This document shows positions 17,520 to 25,762 of a stretch of 29,441 bases of DNA, in pieces. Below the pieces are notes generated by a model that worked only from the letters and a program-made list of their open reading frames with translations, had not been told where the DNA came from and did not search any database. The stretch covers positions 1-29,441 of the forward strand of contig JBBIPG010000024.1 of assembly GCA_037442925.1 (NCBI GenBank), written 5' to 3'. Source of the stretch: Candidatus Fraserbacteria bacterium. GTDB lineage: Bacteria > Bipolaricaulota > Bipolaricaulia > RBG-16-55-9. How positions within the stretch are numbered: position 1 is the stretch's first letter; each line of letters starts with the position of its first letter. The position numbers and the translations under genes are program-made.

Positions 17520-17576
17520 ACCCAAAGAAAATCTGCTCGACTACGCCGCTCTTGAGCACCACCACGTGGTTCAGAC

Positions 17577-18131
17577 CTAAGACGCAGGACGGAAGAGGTT
17601 TCGACTCCTGTAAAAGTACTCGAACCCAGAGATGACAGCCATCCCCACCGCCAGCACGATAAACGCTACTTTCACTTGCTCTCCCAGAACCCCCCACTCC
17701 CAATGATGATTGCCGATCAAGACAATCACCAGCCCAATGTGCGAGAGCGTCTTCAGCTTGCCCAGCACGCTGGCCGAGATGACCACATCCTGCGCGACCG
17801 CCCAGATCCGAAGCCCCATGACCAACATCTCGCGGGTCAGAATGATCACGATCCACACCGGCGAGATCTCTCCAAATCCGACAAACGCCAAGAGCGCCGC
17901 CATCACAAGGAGCTTATCGGCAATGGGATCGGCGAATTTGCCAAACTCCGTCACCTGGCCCCGATTGCGGGCGAGCCAACCATCCACCGCATCCGAGAGT
18001 GCCGCCAGAGTGAAGATGACCAGTGCAATGACCTCACCCCATTGGATCGTTCCTGAGAGCAGAAAGAAGAGGAATATCGGGATGACTCCAATCCGAATGA
18101 GCGTGATCGTATTCGGCAGGTTCCAGGTCAT
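17577..18131 (-). CDS. pgsA: CDP-diacylglycerol--glycerol-3-phosphate 3-phosphatidyltransferase
   Basis: NLPNTITLIRI, DAVDGWLAR-x8-G-x3-DPIADK CDP-alcohol phosphotransferase motif, GKLKT. Confidence 0.95.
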   Translation of the reverse strand: MTWNLPNTITLIRIGVIPIFLFFLLSGTIQWGEVIALVIFTLAALSDAVDGWLARNRGQVTEFGKFADPIADKLLVMAALLAFVGFGEISPVWIVIILTREMLVMGLRIWAVAQDVVISASVLGKLKTLSHIGLVIVLIGNHHWEWGVLGEQVKVAFIVLAVGMAVISGFEYFYRSRNLFRPAS

Positions 18132-18152
18132 CCCACACCCGGCTTCATCTCT

Positions 18153-20288
18153 TCATGTGACACGTAGCTCCTCGAAGAACGCGGTTACATCGGCCGTCGG
18201 ACGATGGCTACCATCGTGAACCATGCGCTTTGCTGGAGGAGTCTCGCGATAGAACGGGATTCGCTGCGAGATGCGCTCCTCATACGTTGAGGTCGCTTCG
18301 TTCTTCCAGAAGATCCCAATGGGAATGCGATCGCCCCACTCCAAAGCCCGCTCGACTACCCCTGCGAGTTTATCTTGGATTTGTTCGTCACTCATGCCGG
18401 GCCTGACGACGGGATTGAAGCCTTGCTCTTCGAGCTTATAGACGCGGGGAATCGGCTTGCCCTGTTCGTTCAGCCGGTCCAGGCCACCATACCAGTCTTT
18501 CGTGTTGATGTCGTTGTACGTTGGACAAGGTTGCAGGACATCAATAAACGCGGAGCCCTTATGCTCGATGCCTTGCTGGATGAGGCGAATGAGATGAGGA
18601 ATGTCAAAGGCATAGCCGCGCGCGATGAACGTATATCCTGCGGAGAGCGCCAGTAAGAGAGGATTGATCCCTTGATTCACGTTGGGCTGTGGCAGACTCT
18701 TTGTCTGAACTCCCAGCTTGAGCGTCGGTGATGCTTGACCCTTGGTAAGGCCATACACCCCGTTGTTGTAAAGGACATACGTGAGATCGACGTTGCGCCG
18801 TCCGGCGTTGACAAAGTGACCGGCCCCGATGCCCAGTCCATCGCCGTCGCCGCCCACAGCGATCACCGTCAGCTCTGGATTGGCCAGCTTGGCTCCGATG
18901 GCAAAGGGGAGCACCCGGCCGTGCAGCGTGTGAGTTCCGTAGACCTTGACATAGTGTGCAGTCTTTGCGGAGCAGCCAATTCCCGAGAAGAGGGCTATCC
19001 GATGGGGCTCTAGCTCCATTTGGCTTAGGGTCATTTGAATAGAATTCAATATCCCGAAGTCTCCGCAGTTGTGTAGGATGGCGTTCCCGCTCACGTAACA
19101 CTGAACATCTTCAACCTCCAGATTCCAGACTTCCCCGTCGTATTCGAAGCTATCGACCTGGGCCACGGGCACCATGACGAAGCGATGGAGTTGGTCGGCA
19201 TCGGTCACATCCCGCAGGCATTCCTTGACGAAGACCGTCGACGGCGGCTTTCCCGAAGGAAGAGTGCGCCTCGGCAACCCAAGAATCTCTGCCAGGCGCG
19301 GAAAATCCCTCTTTCCCATCACATAGATGGCATAGGATGTCTGATGGATGCCCGAAGACTTCGAGGTGTGGATGGATGGCGCAATCCCCTGACGCAGGAG
19401 GAGGAGCTTCATCTGTTCGCAGAGCGTCTTGGAGATTGTCTTATAGTGAGCGCGAGGTCTAGTGGAATCCACCCAGCCATCGCCGCGCCACAGCCCCACC
19501 AGTAGCTCCCACTGCTTCTGCAAGGGCAGAAGCATCATGAAATAGGGGATCCGCTTGTTTGCTGCACCGCTACCGAACCACTCTCGAAAGGCGCGCGCCA
19601 GCCGTGAGGAGTTCACGTAGATGCTCACCTGATGTGACTCCGGCTTCTCCTTCACGATCGCTTCGAGTCCGAAGAGTCGATGAATAATCTCTTTGAGATC
19701 TTCCACGTACTCTCGCTCCTCGATATGAAAAGAGAAGCAGACGGCGGCATCGATCCCGCCTTTTACAGCCGACCGGGTATCGATCCACCCTTCGGCCAGA
19801 TAGTAGCCAGTCAAGCGGAGCAACTCACCGGAGACCTCCACTTCCTCTGGCAATGGAGTGCTACGACGATCCATAGGGAGTTTCTTCGGCAATGGGAGGC
19901 GTTCGACGTCTACGATCTCCGAGGGGATGGGGTAGGCCACGTAATCCCTCTTGCGAATGCGATCGGCTCGTTCCCAGATCAGCTCGAAGCGTTCATTGTG
20001 TCGCTTGGGATGCAGGCGGCGGGCAATGAGCACCGGGTGCTCCGGGGTGAGGACCGTCTCGCCAAAGCATTTCGCCTTCACACGATACATCTTGCCCAGA
20101 TGGCGATGGCGATAGACCTCGGTCACGCGATGGTAGTGTCCATCGAGCCCCAGCACGTGGTCCCCGACTCGGATCTGTTCAATGGGTTTGAGATTCGGAT
20201 TCGTGTGAATGGGAGTCTCCGGTAGCACACAGCCGGGACACCAGTTGTTGTGAACGTCTGTCTTGTAGTCTTGCACTTTACGCGCCAT
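18153..20288 (-). CDS. korB: 2-oxoacid:ferredoxin oxidoreductase beta subunit, intein-containing (323 aa after splicing)
   Basis: Removing the intein restores WCPGCGDFGIL; also SGIGCS, HTLHGR, GGDGD...NNGVYGLTKGQ TPP motif and QPCPTYN. Substrate specificity cannot be read from the sequence. Confidence 0.93.
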   Translation of the reverse strand: MARKVQDYKTDVHNNWCPGCVLPETPIHTNPNLKPIEQIRVGDHVLGLDGHYHRVTEVYRHRHLGKMYRVKAKCFGETVLTPEHPVLIARRLHPKRHNERFELIWERADRIRKRDYVAYPIPSEIVDVERLPLPKKLPMDRRSTPLPEEVEVSGELLRLTGYYLAEGWIDTRSAVKGGIDAAVCFSFHIEEREYVEDLKEIIHRLFGLEAIVKEKPESHQVSIYVNSSRLARAFREWFGSGAANKRIPYFMMLLPLQKQWELLVGLWRGDGWVDSTRPRAHYKTISKTLCEQMKLLLLRQGIAPSIHTSKSSGIHQTSYAIYVMGKRDFPRLAEILGLPRRTLPSGKPPSTVFVKECLRDVTDADQLHRFVMVPVAQVDSFEYDGEVWNLEVEDVQCYVSGNAILHNCGDFGILNSIQMTLSQMELEPHRIALFSGIGCSAKTAHYVKVYGTHTLHGRVLPFAIGAKLANPELTVIAVGGDGDGLGIGAGHFVNAGRRNVDLTYVLYNNGVYGLTKGQASPTLKLGVQTKSLPQPNVNQGINPLLLALSAGYTFIARGYAFDIPHLIRLIQQGIEHKGSAFIDVLQPCPTYNDINTKDWYGGLDRLNEQGKPIPRVYKLEEQGFNPVVRPGMSDEQIQDKLAGVVERALEWGDRIPIGIFWKNEATSTYEERISQRIPFYRETPPAKRMVHDGSHRPTADVTAFFEELRVT
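19068..20231 (-). mobile_element. Intein (388 aa) with LAGLIDADG homing endonuclease
   Basis: Block A CVLPETPI (Cys1, codon 20), block B TPEHP, block C LTGYYLAEG, block E LVGLWRGDG, block F VWNLEVED, block G ILHN followed by Cys+1. Confidence 0.96.
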
Positions 20289-22227
20289 GCGTCAATACCA
20301 CCTTTTCGGGTGCCTCTTGCGAGACGATCTGCTTGACAGCTCCATAGATCTCATCGACCGACATCGGGCGTCCGTTGTACTTCACCACCAAGTGATCGGC
20401 CGCAATTCCTGTATATTGCCGAACAAGACCGGCGAGCTGTCCGGAGAAGTTGTTCTCAATGGCGATGAGCTGTTTTGCCAAGCTGAGATGCTTCCTCATC
20501 TCCTCCGTCGGGAATGGCCAGAGCAAGCGCGCCTGGATGAACTTCAGCGAGATGTCTTCTGTTTTCAGTAGTTCCATGGCTTCGAGGATGGCGCCCTTGG
20601 TTGATCCCCAGCTGATGACCACGGTCTTCGCTTTGGGATCACCAAAGAGATTCAGTTTTTCGTCGGCAGGAATCTCCTGGCCGAGTGTTTCCAATTTGAT
20701 CATGCGCTTGTCCATCATTTTGACGCGCGTCACGGGGTCTTCGGTGATGTGACCCCACTCGTCGTGTTCATCGCTTGTCCTCCAGTTGATGCCGCCTCGG
20801 GTTCCGATGGCCACTCGTGGGGAGATCCCGGTCTCGGCGAACTGGAAGGTCTTGAAGGACCCGTTTTCGCTGAGGCTAGCTATTTCTTCTTCGCCGAGCA
20901 ATCTCCCGCGGTCGAGGCGCAGCGAGCGCGTATCGAAAACGGGGTACGTCTGGCTGCTGGAGGCGATCGCTTTATCTAACAAGTGGATGACGGGCAGCTG
21001 GTACTTCTCTGCCCAGTTGAAGGCGCGAATGGTGTCGAAAAACGCTTCTTCGAGATCCCCTGAGGCAATGACAATACGAGGAGCTTCGCCGTGACCTGCG
21101 TGGATGGCGAAGCGCAGATCGCCCTGCTCGCTGCGAGTGGGCAAGCCCGTCGAAGGGCTCCCGCGTTGATAGAGTGTCACAACCAGCGGGACCTCATCCA
21201 TGGCAGCAAAGCCGAGACCCTCGACCATGAGTGAGAAGCCGGGGCCCGAGGTCGCTGTGGCAGCGCGTGCTCCTGTAAGAGCAGCTCCGCTGGCCATGTT
21301 GATGGCTGAGATCTCGTCTTCGCACTGCACGACTAGAATTGCGCCCTGCGTCTTCTCTCCACCGGTGAGGGAGAAGATCTCGTGAGCCTCGAGATAGGTG
21401 CTCTCATCGGTGGCTGGACTGATGGGGTAATACGTCTGGAACGAGCAGCCCGAGATCATCTTTCCCAGAGCTACGGCCTGATTTCCCGTGAGGTAGATGC
21501 GCTTCTCTTTCGTCGGGATGGGGTGGAGCTTACAGAAGAAATCCTCCGCAGACGAGCGGGCGATGTGTTCGTACGCCATCTCACAGGCCTGCACGTTCAT
21601 GTCCACCACCTTCTTCTTGCCTTTGAAGATGCTGGCCAGCGCCCTCTCCAGCCACTCGACCCCATAGCCTACCAGAGCGCAAGACGCGGCGACCGCCATG
21701 GTGTTGGCCGTCCTCTTGAGCTTGCTCACCGGTTCTCCGAGTTTCTTGGAGAGCTTCCCAATCAAATCATCATAGGGCACGGCGAAGGGACGCACGCCCT
21801 GTTTGCTCACGATGGCCAATAGATCCCCCATCGTCTGTCCGACGCCCTGCTCAGTAAGGAAGCTCTGGATATCTGCACGTACGCGATTCTCCATGGCCGG
21901 GATGCGCTCCAGCGGAGTCTCCAGCAGCTTGGGATCGTAGATGATCCCACCGCCAGATACGACATCCAGAGCGTGCAAGAAGACCGTTTCGGCATCGAAT
22001 GTCACCAGTAGATCGACGCGATCCGATGAGGCGCCTAGGGGGTGATCGGCCACGCGCACTTGATAATAGCTATGTTCACCCATGATGTTGGAGTAGTACT
22101 CGCGTTGGCCGTAGACATGCAGACCACCGGAGGCGCAGGCCCGAGCGAACATGTTGGCGGCGGAGTCCACGCCGCTGCCTTGGGCGCCACCAATAAGCCA
22201 GTTGAGGTGGTTGATCTTCGTCTTCAT
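20278..22227 (-). CDS. korA: 2-oxoacid:ferredoxin oxidoreductase alpha subunit (gamma-alpha fusion)
   Basis: IGGAQGSGV, YYSNIMGEHS, YPISPA (YPITP-type motif), QCEDEISA, TATSGPGFSLM, QRGSPSTGLPT, ENNFSGQL; overlaps the beta gene start by 11 nt. Confidence 0.94.
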   Translation of the reverse strand: MKTKINHLNWLIGGAQGSGVDSAANMFARACASGGLHVYGQREYYSNIMGEHSYYQVRVADHPLGASSDRVDLLVTFDAETVFLHALDVVSGGGIIYDPKLLETPLERIPAMENRVRADIQSFLTEQGVGQTMGDLLAIVSKQGVRPFAVPYDDLIGKLSKKLGEPVSKLKRTANTMAVAASCALVGYGVEWLERALASIFKGKKKVVDMNVQACEMAYEHIARSSAEDFFCKLHPIPTKEKRIYLTGNQAVALGKMISGCSFQTYYPISPATDESTYLEAHEIFSLTGGEKTQGAILVVQCEDEISAINMASGAALTGARAATATSGPGFSLMVEGLGFAAMDEVPLVVTLYQRGSPSTGLPTRSEQGDLRFAIHAGHGEAPRIVIASGDLEEAFFDTIRAFNWAEKYQLPVIHLLDKAIASSSQTYPVFDTRSLRLDRGRLLGEEEIASLSENGSFKTFQFAETGISPRVAIGTRGGINWRTSDEHDEWGHITEDPVTRVKMMDKRMIKLETLGQEIPADEKLNLFGDPKAKTVVISWGSTKGAILEAMELLKTEDISLKFIQARLLWPFPTEEMRKHLSLAKQLIAIENNFSGQLAGLVRQYTGIAADHLVVKYNGRPMSVDEIYGAVKQIVSQEAPEKVVLTHGA

Positions 22228-22262
22228 CCCACTTCCTCCTCCATCCGATAGACCAAGGGTTT

Positions 22263-22291
22263 ACTGTAGCAGATGCGCTCGAGTCGTTCAA
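22263..22291 (-). promoter_or_regulatory. Putative korAB promoter (TTGAAC-N17-TACAGT, extended TGn)
   Basis: Hexamers upstream of the SD-containing stretch GGAGGAGG. Confidence 0.6.
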
Positions 22292-22301
22292 GTAAAGATG
22301 C

Positions 22302-22330
22302 TGGCAATCTCGATACGCAGCCATTACAAT
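22302..22330 (+). promoter_or_regulatory. Putative peroxiredoxin promoter (TGGCAA-N17-TACAAT)
   Basis: Back-to-back with the korAB promoter; SD GAGGAGGT at 22358-22365. Confidence 0.5.
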
Positions 22331-22371
22331 CATCAGTACGACTTGCAAACGCATCCAGAGGAGGTAATTGC

Positions 22372-22851
22372 ATGTCCGTAAGCGTTGGACAAAAAGCCCC
22401 CGATTTTACAGTCCCCAGCAGCGACGGCAAGAAAGTGGAGCCCTTTCAGCTCAGCAAACACTTGGGCCAAGAACACATCGTCCTGGCGTTCTTCCCCTTG
22501 GCCTTCACTTCGGTCTGTACCAAAGAGATGTGCCATTTTCGCGACAGCATGGCACTATTCAACAATTTGAAAACTCAAGTCTACGGCATCAGCGTGGATA
22601 GCCCCTATGCTCTCAATGTGTTCATTAAGTCAGAGGGACTCAAGTTCAAGCTCCTTAGCGACTTCAACAAGGAAGTGAGCCGAGCCTATGGCGTCCTCCA
22701 CGAGAAACTGGGTACCCTCAACGGAGTCTCGAAGCGAAGTATCTTCGTACTCGACAAGACGGGTGTTGTCCGCTATCGTTGGGTGTCGGAAGATCCAGGC
22801 GTGATGCCCAATTTTGGGGAGATTCAGCAAGCGCTGGAGCAGCTGCCATGA
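22372..22851 (+). CDS. Peroxiredoxin (BCP/PrxQ or AhpE-like)
   Basis: VGQKAPDF, FFPLAFTSVCTKEMC (PxxxTxxC plus a second Cys five residues later), GISVD, LLSD, conserved Arg in KRSIFV. ATG 22372 follows a strong SD. Confidence 0.93.
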   Translation: MSVSVGQKAPDFTVPSSDGKKVEPFQLSKHLGQEHIVLAFFPLAFTSVCTKEMCHFRDSMALFNNLKTQVYGISVDSPYALNVFIKSEGLKFKLLSDFNKEVSRAYGVLHEKLGTLNGVSKRSIFVLDKTGVVRYRWVSEDPGVMPNFGEIQQALEQLP

Positions 22852-22935
22852 TCACTTCCAACTCGATGGGATGAGCTGACAGGCAACAAGGCAGCTCCCG
22901 GAGTGACGGAAGTCCTGGGAGATGGGTATCAGAGA

Positions 22936-22944
22936 TGCTACCTT
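22936..22944 (+). promoter_or_regulatory. Extended -10 element (TGCTACCTT) 6 nt before ATG 22951; probably a leaderless transcript
   Basis: TGn-TAnnnT geometry with no SD upstream of the ATG. Confidence 0.45.
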
Positions 22945-22950
22945 AGCAGC

Positions 22951-25083
22951 ATGAGAACGCAAGTCTTACGCGGCCTCGTCACTGTTATGGCTTTAATGAC
23001 CAGCCTGCTAGCATCTTATGAGATGGTGCTCCAGGCAGAAGAAGATCCCATACTCTTTCGACAGGGGGAATTTCAGGGGACGATCTTTCCGCTCGTTGGC
23101 TCAAGCTCCGCCGAAGAGTTTTACAACTACTCGATCTTCGATTACCAATCGAGGACGTCTTTGGAGATCCCTCGCCACGGGATCATCATTCTCTATCGCA
23201 ATGCGCGTACGGATACACTCGCTTTGGTGATCATTCTCAATGCACCGAACGCCGGACCCGCTGGCCAGGTACGTCTGGATATCCAAGGGCTACCCTCTAC
23301 AGCGAGACTCGCCGTCCAAGATGACCCCAATGATGAATACACGTGGAATCCTCCCAATGCCCAGTTCCGCTGGCGCTGGGCGTCCGGACGCACAGACGGC
23401 GTTGTCATCACCAATCTGGAAGAGCCCTTCACGCTGACGATAACTCCTCAACTGGCCCAAGGCCTCGCTGGCTGGAAGCTCTACACCCTTAAAGACATGG
23501 ACGTTGGACCGGAGCGGATCCCCCTCCCCAGCGTCACGGAACCCATCAGCCTCGCAGCAGGCGAGGGACCGTCCCCTCAAGCCGCGTTTCACTATTCACC
23601 GGAACAGATCCGCGTGGGCATTCCTGTGCTCTTCGATGCGCGACCTTCACAAGTCCTCTATCGAGACATCGTTCTCTATGAATGGGATTTCGACGGCGAC
23701 GGCATCTTCGATCTGAGCACCGATCAACCCATTGTGAGGTACACGTTCACCCAAAGTGGAACATTCAAAGTCACGCTTCGCGTCACGGACGCAAGCGGTT
23801 TTGTAACTACGATTTCTCAGTCGATTTCTGTTCTTGAGGAAGGCGCGGGCTTATGGCGTACGATCTCCACATCCCAAGTACAGCCGGCTGGCGTCTTCCG
23901 CGTGACGGTCAGCTTTCAAGTCGATGTGCCGAGCAATGGCTTGGGGCTTGAGGAAGTCATGCCCCTGGGCTGGACCATCGAGCCCGTGCATAACGATGGC
24001 GCGATCTTCAAGTTCACGGGCTCGCGCGGCCAGTGGATCTTCCCCGCTCTTCTTAAGATCGGGGAGACCAAGCGCATCGTCTATGACGTGCGCGTGCCGG
24101 AGGCTGGTGAAATCGCCGGTCCACCTCTTCCGGCAAAGTTCTCCATTCAGGGTTCCGTGACCAGTGCCTCACCCGCCTATGCGATCCCAGTGGGCGGGGA
24201 GTCCGAGATCGAAGTCGTCTCGTGTCTCAGCATGCCGGTGGCCCTAGCCCATCTCAATCTGGAGAGCGGGCAAGTAGACCTCCGAGGATCTGAGACGATC
24301 TCCATAGAGCAACTGAGACGAGCCTTTAGCTTGTGGCAGAACAGCGCCACTGTTCCCGGAACATGCGATGCGCCGATGACATCCAACGCACTGTTGCAAG
24401 TTATCATGTACCAGGTGTTGGGTGTGACTGTAGATCAGCCTCTCACGTTGGGGCCTGCGTTCGATTTGGGAGCTCCCTCGCCTGTGGCAGTCTCCCGCAC
24501 GATCACAACGGCTCTGCCGGCGCGGCAGATCTATCCCATAGCTCCTGGCGGCAACGTGTTCCAAGTAGAACTTGTCATTGAAGCGCACACAGATCTGCCG
24601 GGCTTGCGCATCACGGAACAAGTGCCGCTAGAGTGGCAAGTACGCCCGCTGCTTCTCTCCGGTGCCGTCTTCAAACCCGGCGCACCGAACGAGTGGATCT
24701 TCGCCGAGTCTATCCCTGCGGGCCTGACTCGCCGACTGACCTATGAAGTGGTCGTTCCCTCTGATACTAAGCTGGAAACGGTAGAGCTAAAGGGTGCAGC
24801 AGACATCGGCCTTGTCAGTTTCCTCACCCCGATCCAAGGTGACGATCAAGTAGAGATCGTAGGATGTCTCTCCATACCCTTGGCCTTCGCCCACCTCAAT
24901 GTGGATACAGGCGAGATCGACCTCAGCCTGGATAACATCATTTCCTCTCAGCAGTCGAGAGCCGCCTTCGAGTACTGGCTCATGGACAAAGAAGTTCCCG
25001 GCACATGCGGACAGAAGCTCGATCTCGCAACGCTGCAACTCATCATCCGCTACATGGCCTCCGGTGCACCGGTCGAGAAGTAA
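22951..25083 (+). CDS. Secreted/surface protein with a PKD domain and two tandem Ig-like plus helical modules
   Basis: Signal-peptide-like N-terminus from ATG 22951; PKD signature FDA...YEWDFDGDG...YTF..SGTFKVTLRVTD; internal duplication. Confidence 0.85.
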   Translation: MRTQVLRGLVTVMALMTSLLASYEMVLQAEEDPILFRQGEFQGTIFPLVGSSSAEEFYNYSIFDYQSRTSLEIPRHGIIILYRNARTDTLALVIILNAPNAGPAGQVRLDIQGLPSTARLAVQDDPNDEYTWNPPNAQFRWRWASGRTDGVVITNLEEPFTLTITPQLAQGLAGWKLYTLKDMDVGPERIPLPSVTEPISLAAGEGPSPQAAFHYSPEQIRVGIPVLFDARPSQVLYRDIVLYEWDFDGDGIFDLSTDQPIVRYTFTQSGTFKVTLRVTDASGFVTTISQSISVLEEGAGLWRTISTSQVQPAGVFRVTVSFQVDVPSNGLGLEEVMPLGWTIEPVHNDGAIFKFTGSRGQWIFPALLKIGETKRIVYDVRVPEAGEIAGPPLPAKFSIQGSVTSASPAYAIPVGGESEIEVVSCLSMPVALAHLNLESGQVDLRGSETISIEQLRRAFSLWQNSATVPGTCDAPMTSNALLQVIMYQVLGVTVDQPLTLGPAFDLGAPSPVAVSRTITTALPARQIYPIAPGGNVFQVELVIEAHTDLPGLRITEQVPLEWQVRPLLLSGAVFKPGAPNEWIFAESIPAGLTRRLTYEVVVPSDTKLETVELKGAADIGLVSFLTPIQGDDQVEIVGCLSIPLAFAHLNVDTGEIDLSLDNIISSQQSRAAFEYWLMDKEVPGTCGQKLDLATLQLIIRYMASGAPVEK
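23854..25080 (+). repeat. Protein-level tandem duplication of an ~195-aa module
   Basis: Copies start near 23854 and 24493; both contain RTI, E-x-x-PL-x-W, GA-x-FK, WIF, Y-x-V-x-VP, CLS-x-P-x-A-x-AHLN, G-x-x-DL and W-x5-VPGTC. Confidence 0.88.
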
Positions 25084-25090
25084 ATGAGCC

Positions 25091-25762
25091 ATGAGGCGGT
25101 TCATGAGCCGGCTGCGGGGGCTCACGGAAACGCTTGTCTTGCAGTTCTATTCCACGCTGGGATCGCGTCTCTTCTCACAGCGATATTTTGAGTATCGCTA
25201 CCGCCGTCGCATAGATCCCTGGAGTTACGAAACGAGTCCTTACGAACAGAGAAAGTACCAACAGACTCTGGAGATCCTGCCTCAGCGCCCGCATCGCCGG
25301 ATTCTCGAAGTGGGCTGCAGCATTGGCGTCTTCACCGAACGGCTTGCTCTGGAAAAGATTGCAGGCGAAATCGTGGGGATCGATGTGGCTGAGACGGCTC
25401 TCGAGCGAGCCCGGCGACGCCTCGAACCTTTCCCGAATGTGAAGCTGCAACGGCTGGACATCACGCGCGATTCGCTCGCAGGCACATTCGATCTCATCTT
25501 CTGTGCGGAAGTTCTCTACTACTTGGGTGCCCAGAATATCCCTCTCGTGCGGGATAAGCTCTTAAAAGCACTCGAAGAAGAGGGTCATCTTGTCTTGGTC
25601 CACCCTTGGCCGCTCTCTCGGCAGCTCCACAAGCGTTTCTTTGAACGCCCTGAGCTTCTTCTCGTGAAAGAGCATGTGGAGTGCGACTCTGAGCGACCTT
25701 ATGCGATCACGTTGTACGCCAAGCGATCGGGTACATCACGACAAACTATGGCGGAAGTGTAG
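25091..25762 (+). CDS. NodS-like class I SAM-dependent methyltransferase
   Basis: DPWSYETSPYEQRKY, LEVGCSIG SAM-binding motif, FDLIFCAEVLYYL. Confidence 0.88.
   Translation: MRRFMSRLRGLTETLVLQFYSTLGSRLFSQRYFEYRYRRRIDPWSYETSPYEQRKYQQTLEILPQRPHRRILEVGCSIGVFTERLALEKIAGEIVGIDVAETALERARRRLEPFPNVKLQRLDITRDSLAGTFDLIFCAEVLYYLGAQNIPLVRDKLLKALEEEGHLVLVHPWPLSRQLHKRFFERPELLLVKEHVECDSERPYAITLYAKRSGTSRQTMAEV

Noticed and set aside
17518..17527. attR site of an integrative element at tRNA-Val
   Set aside because: Only a 7-nt exact match and no integrase; kept only as weak support in the islet finding.
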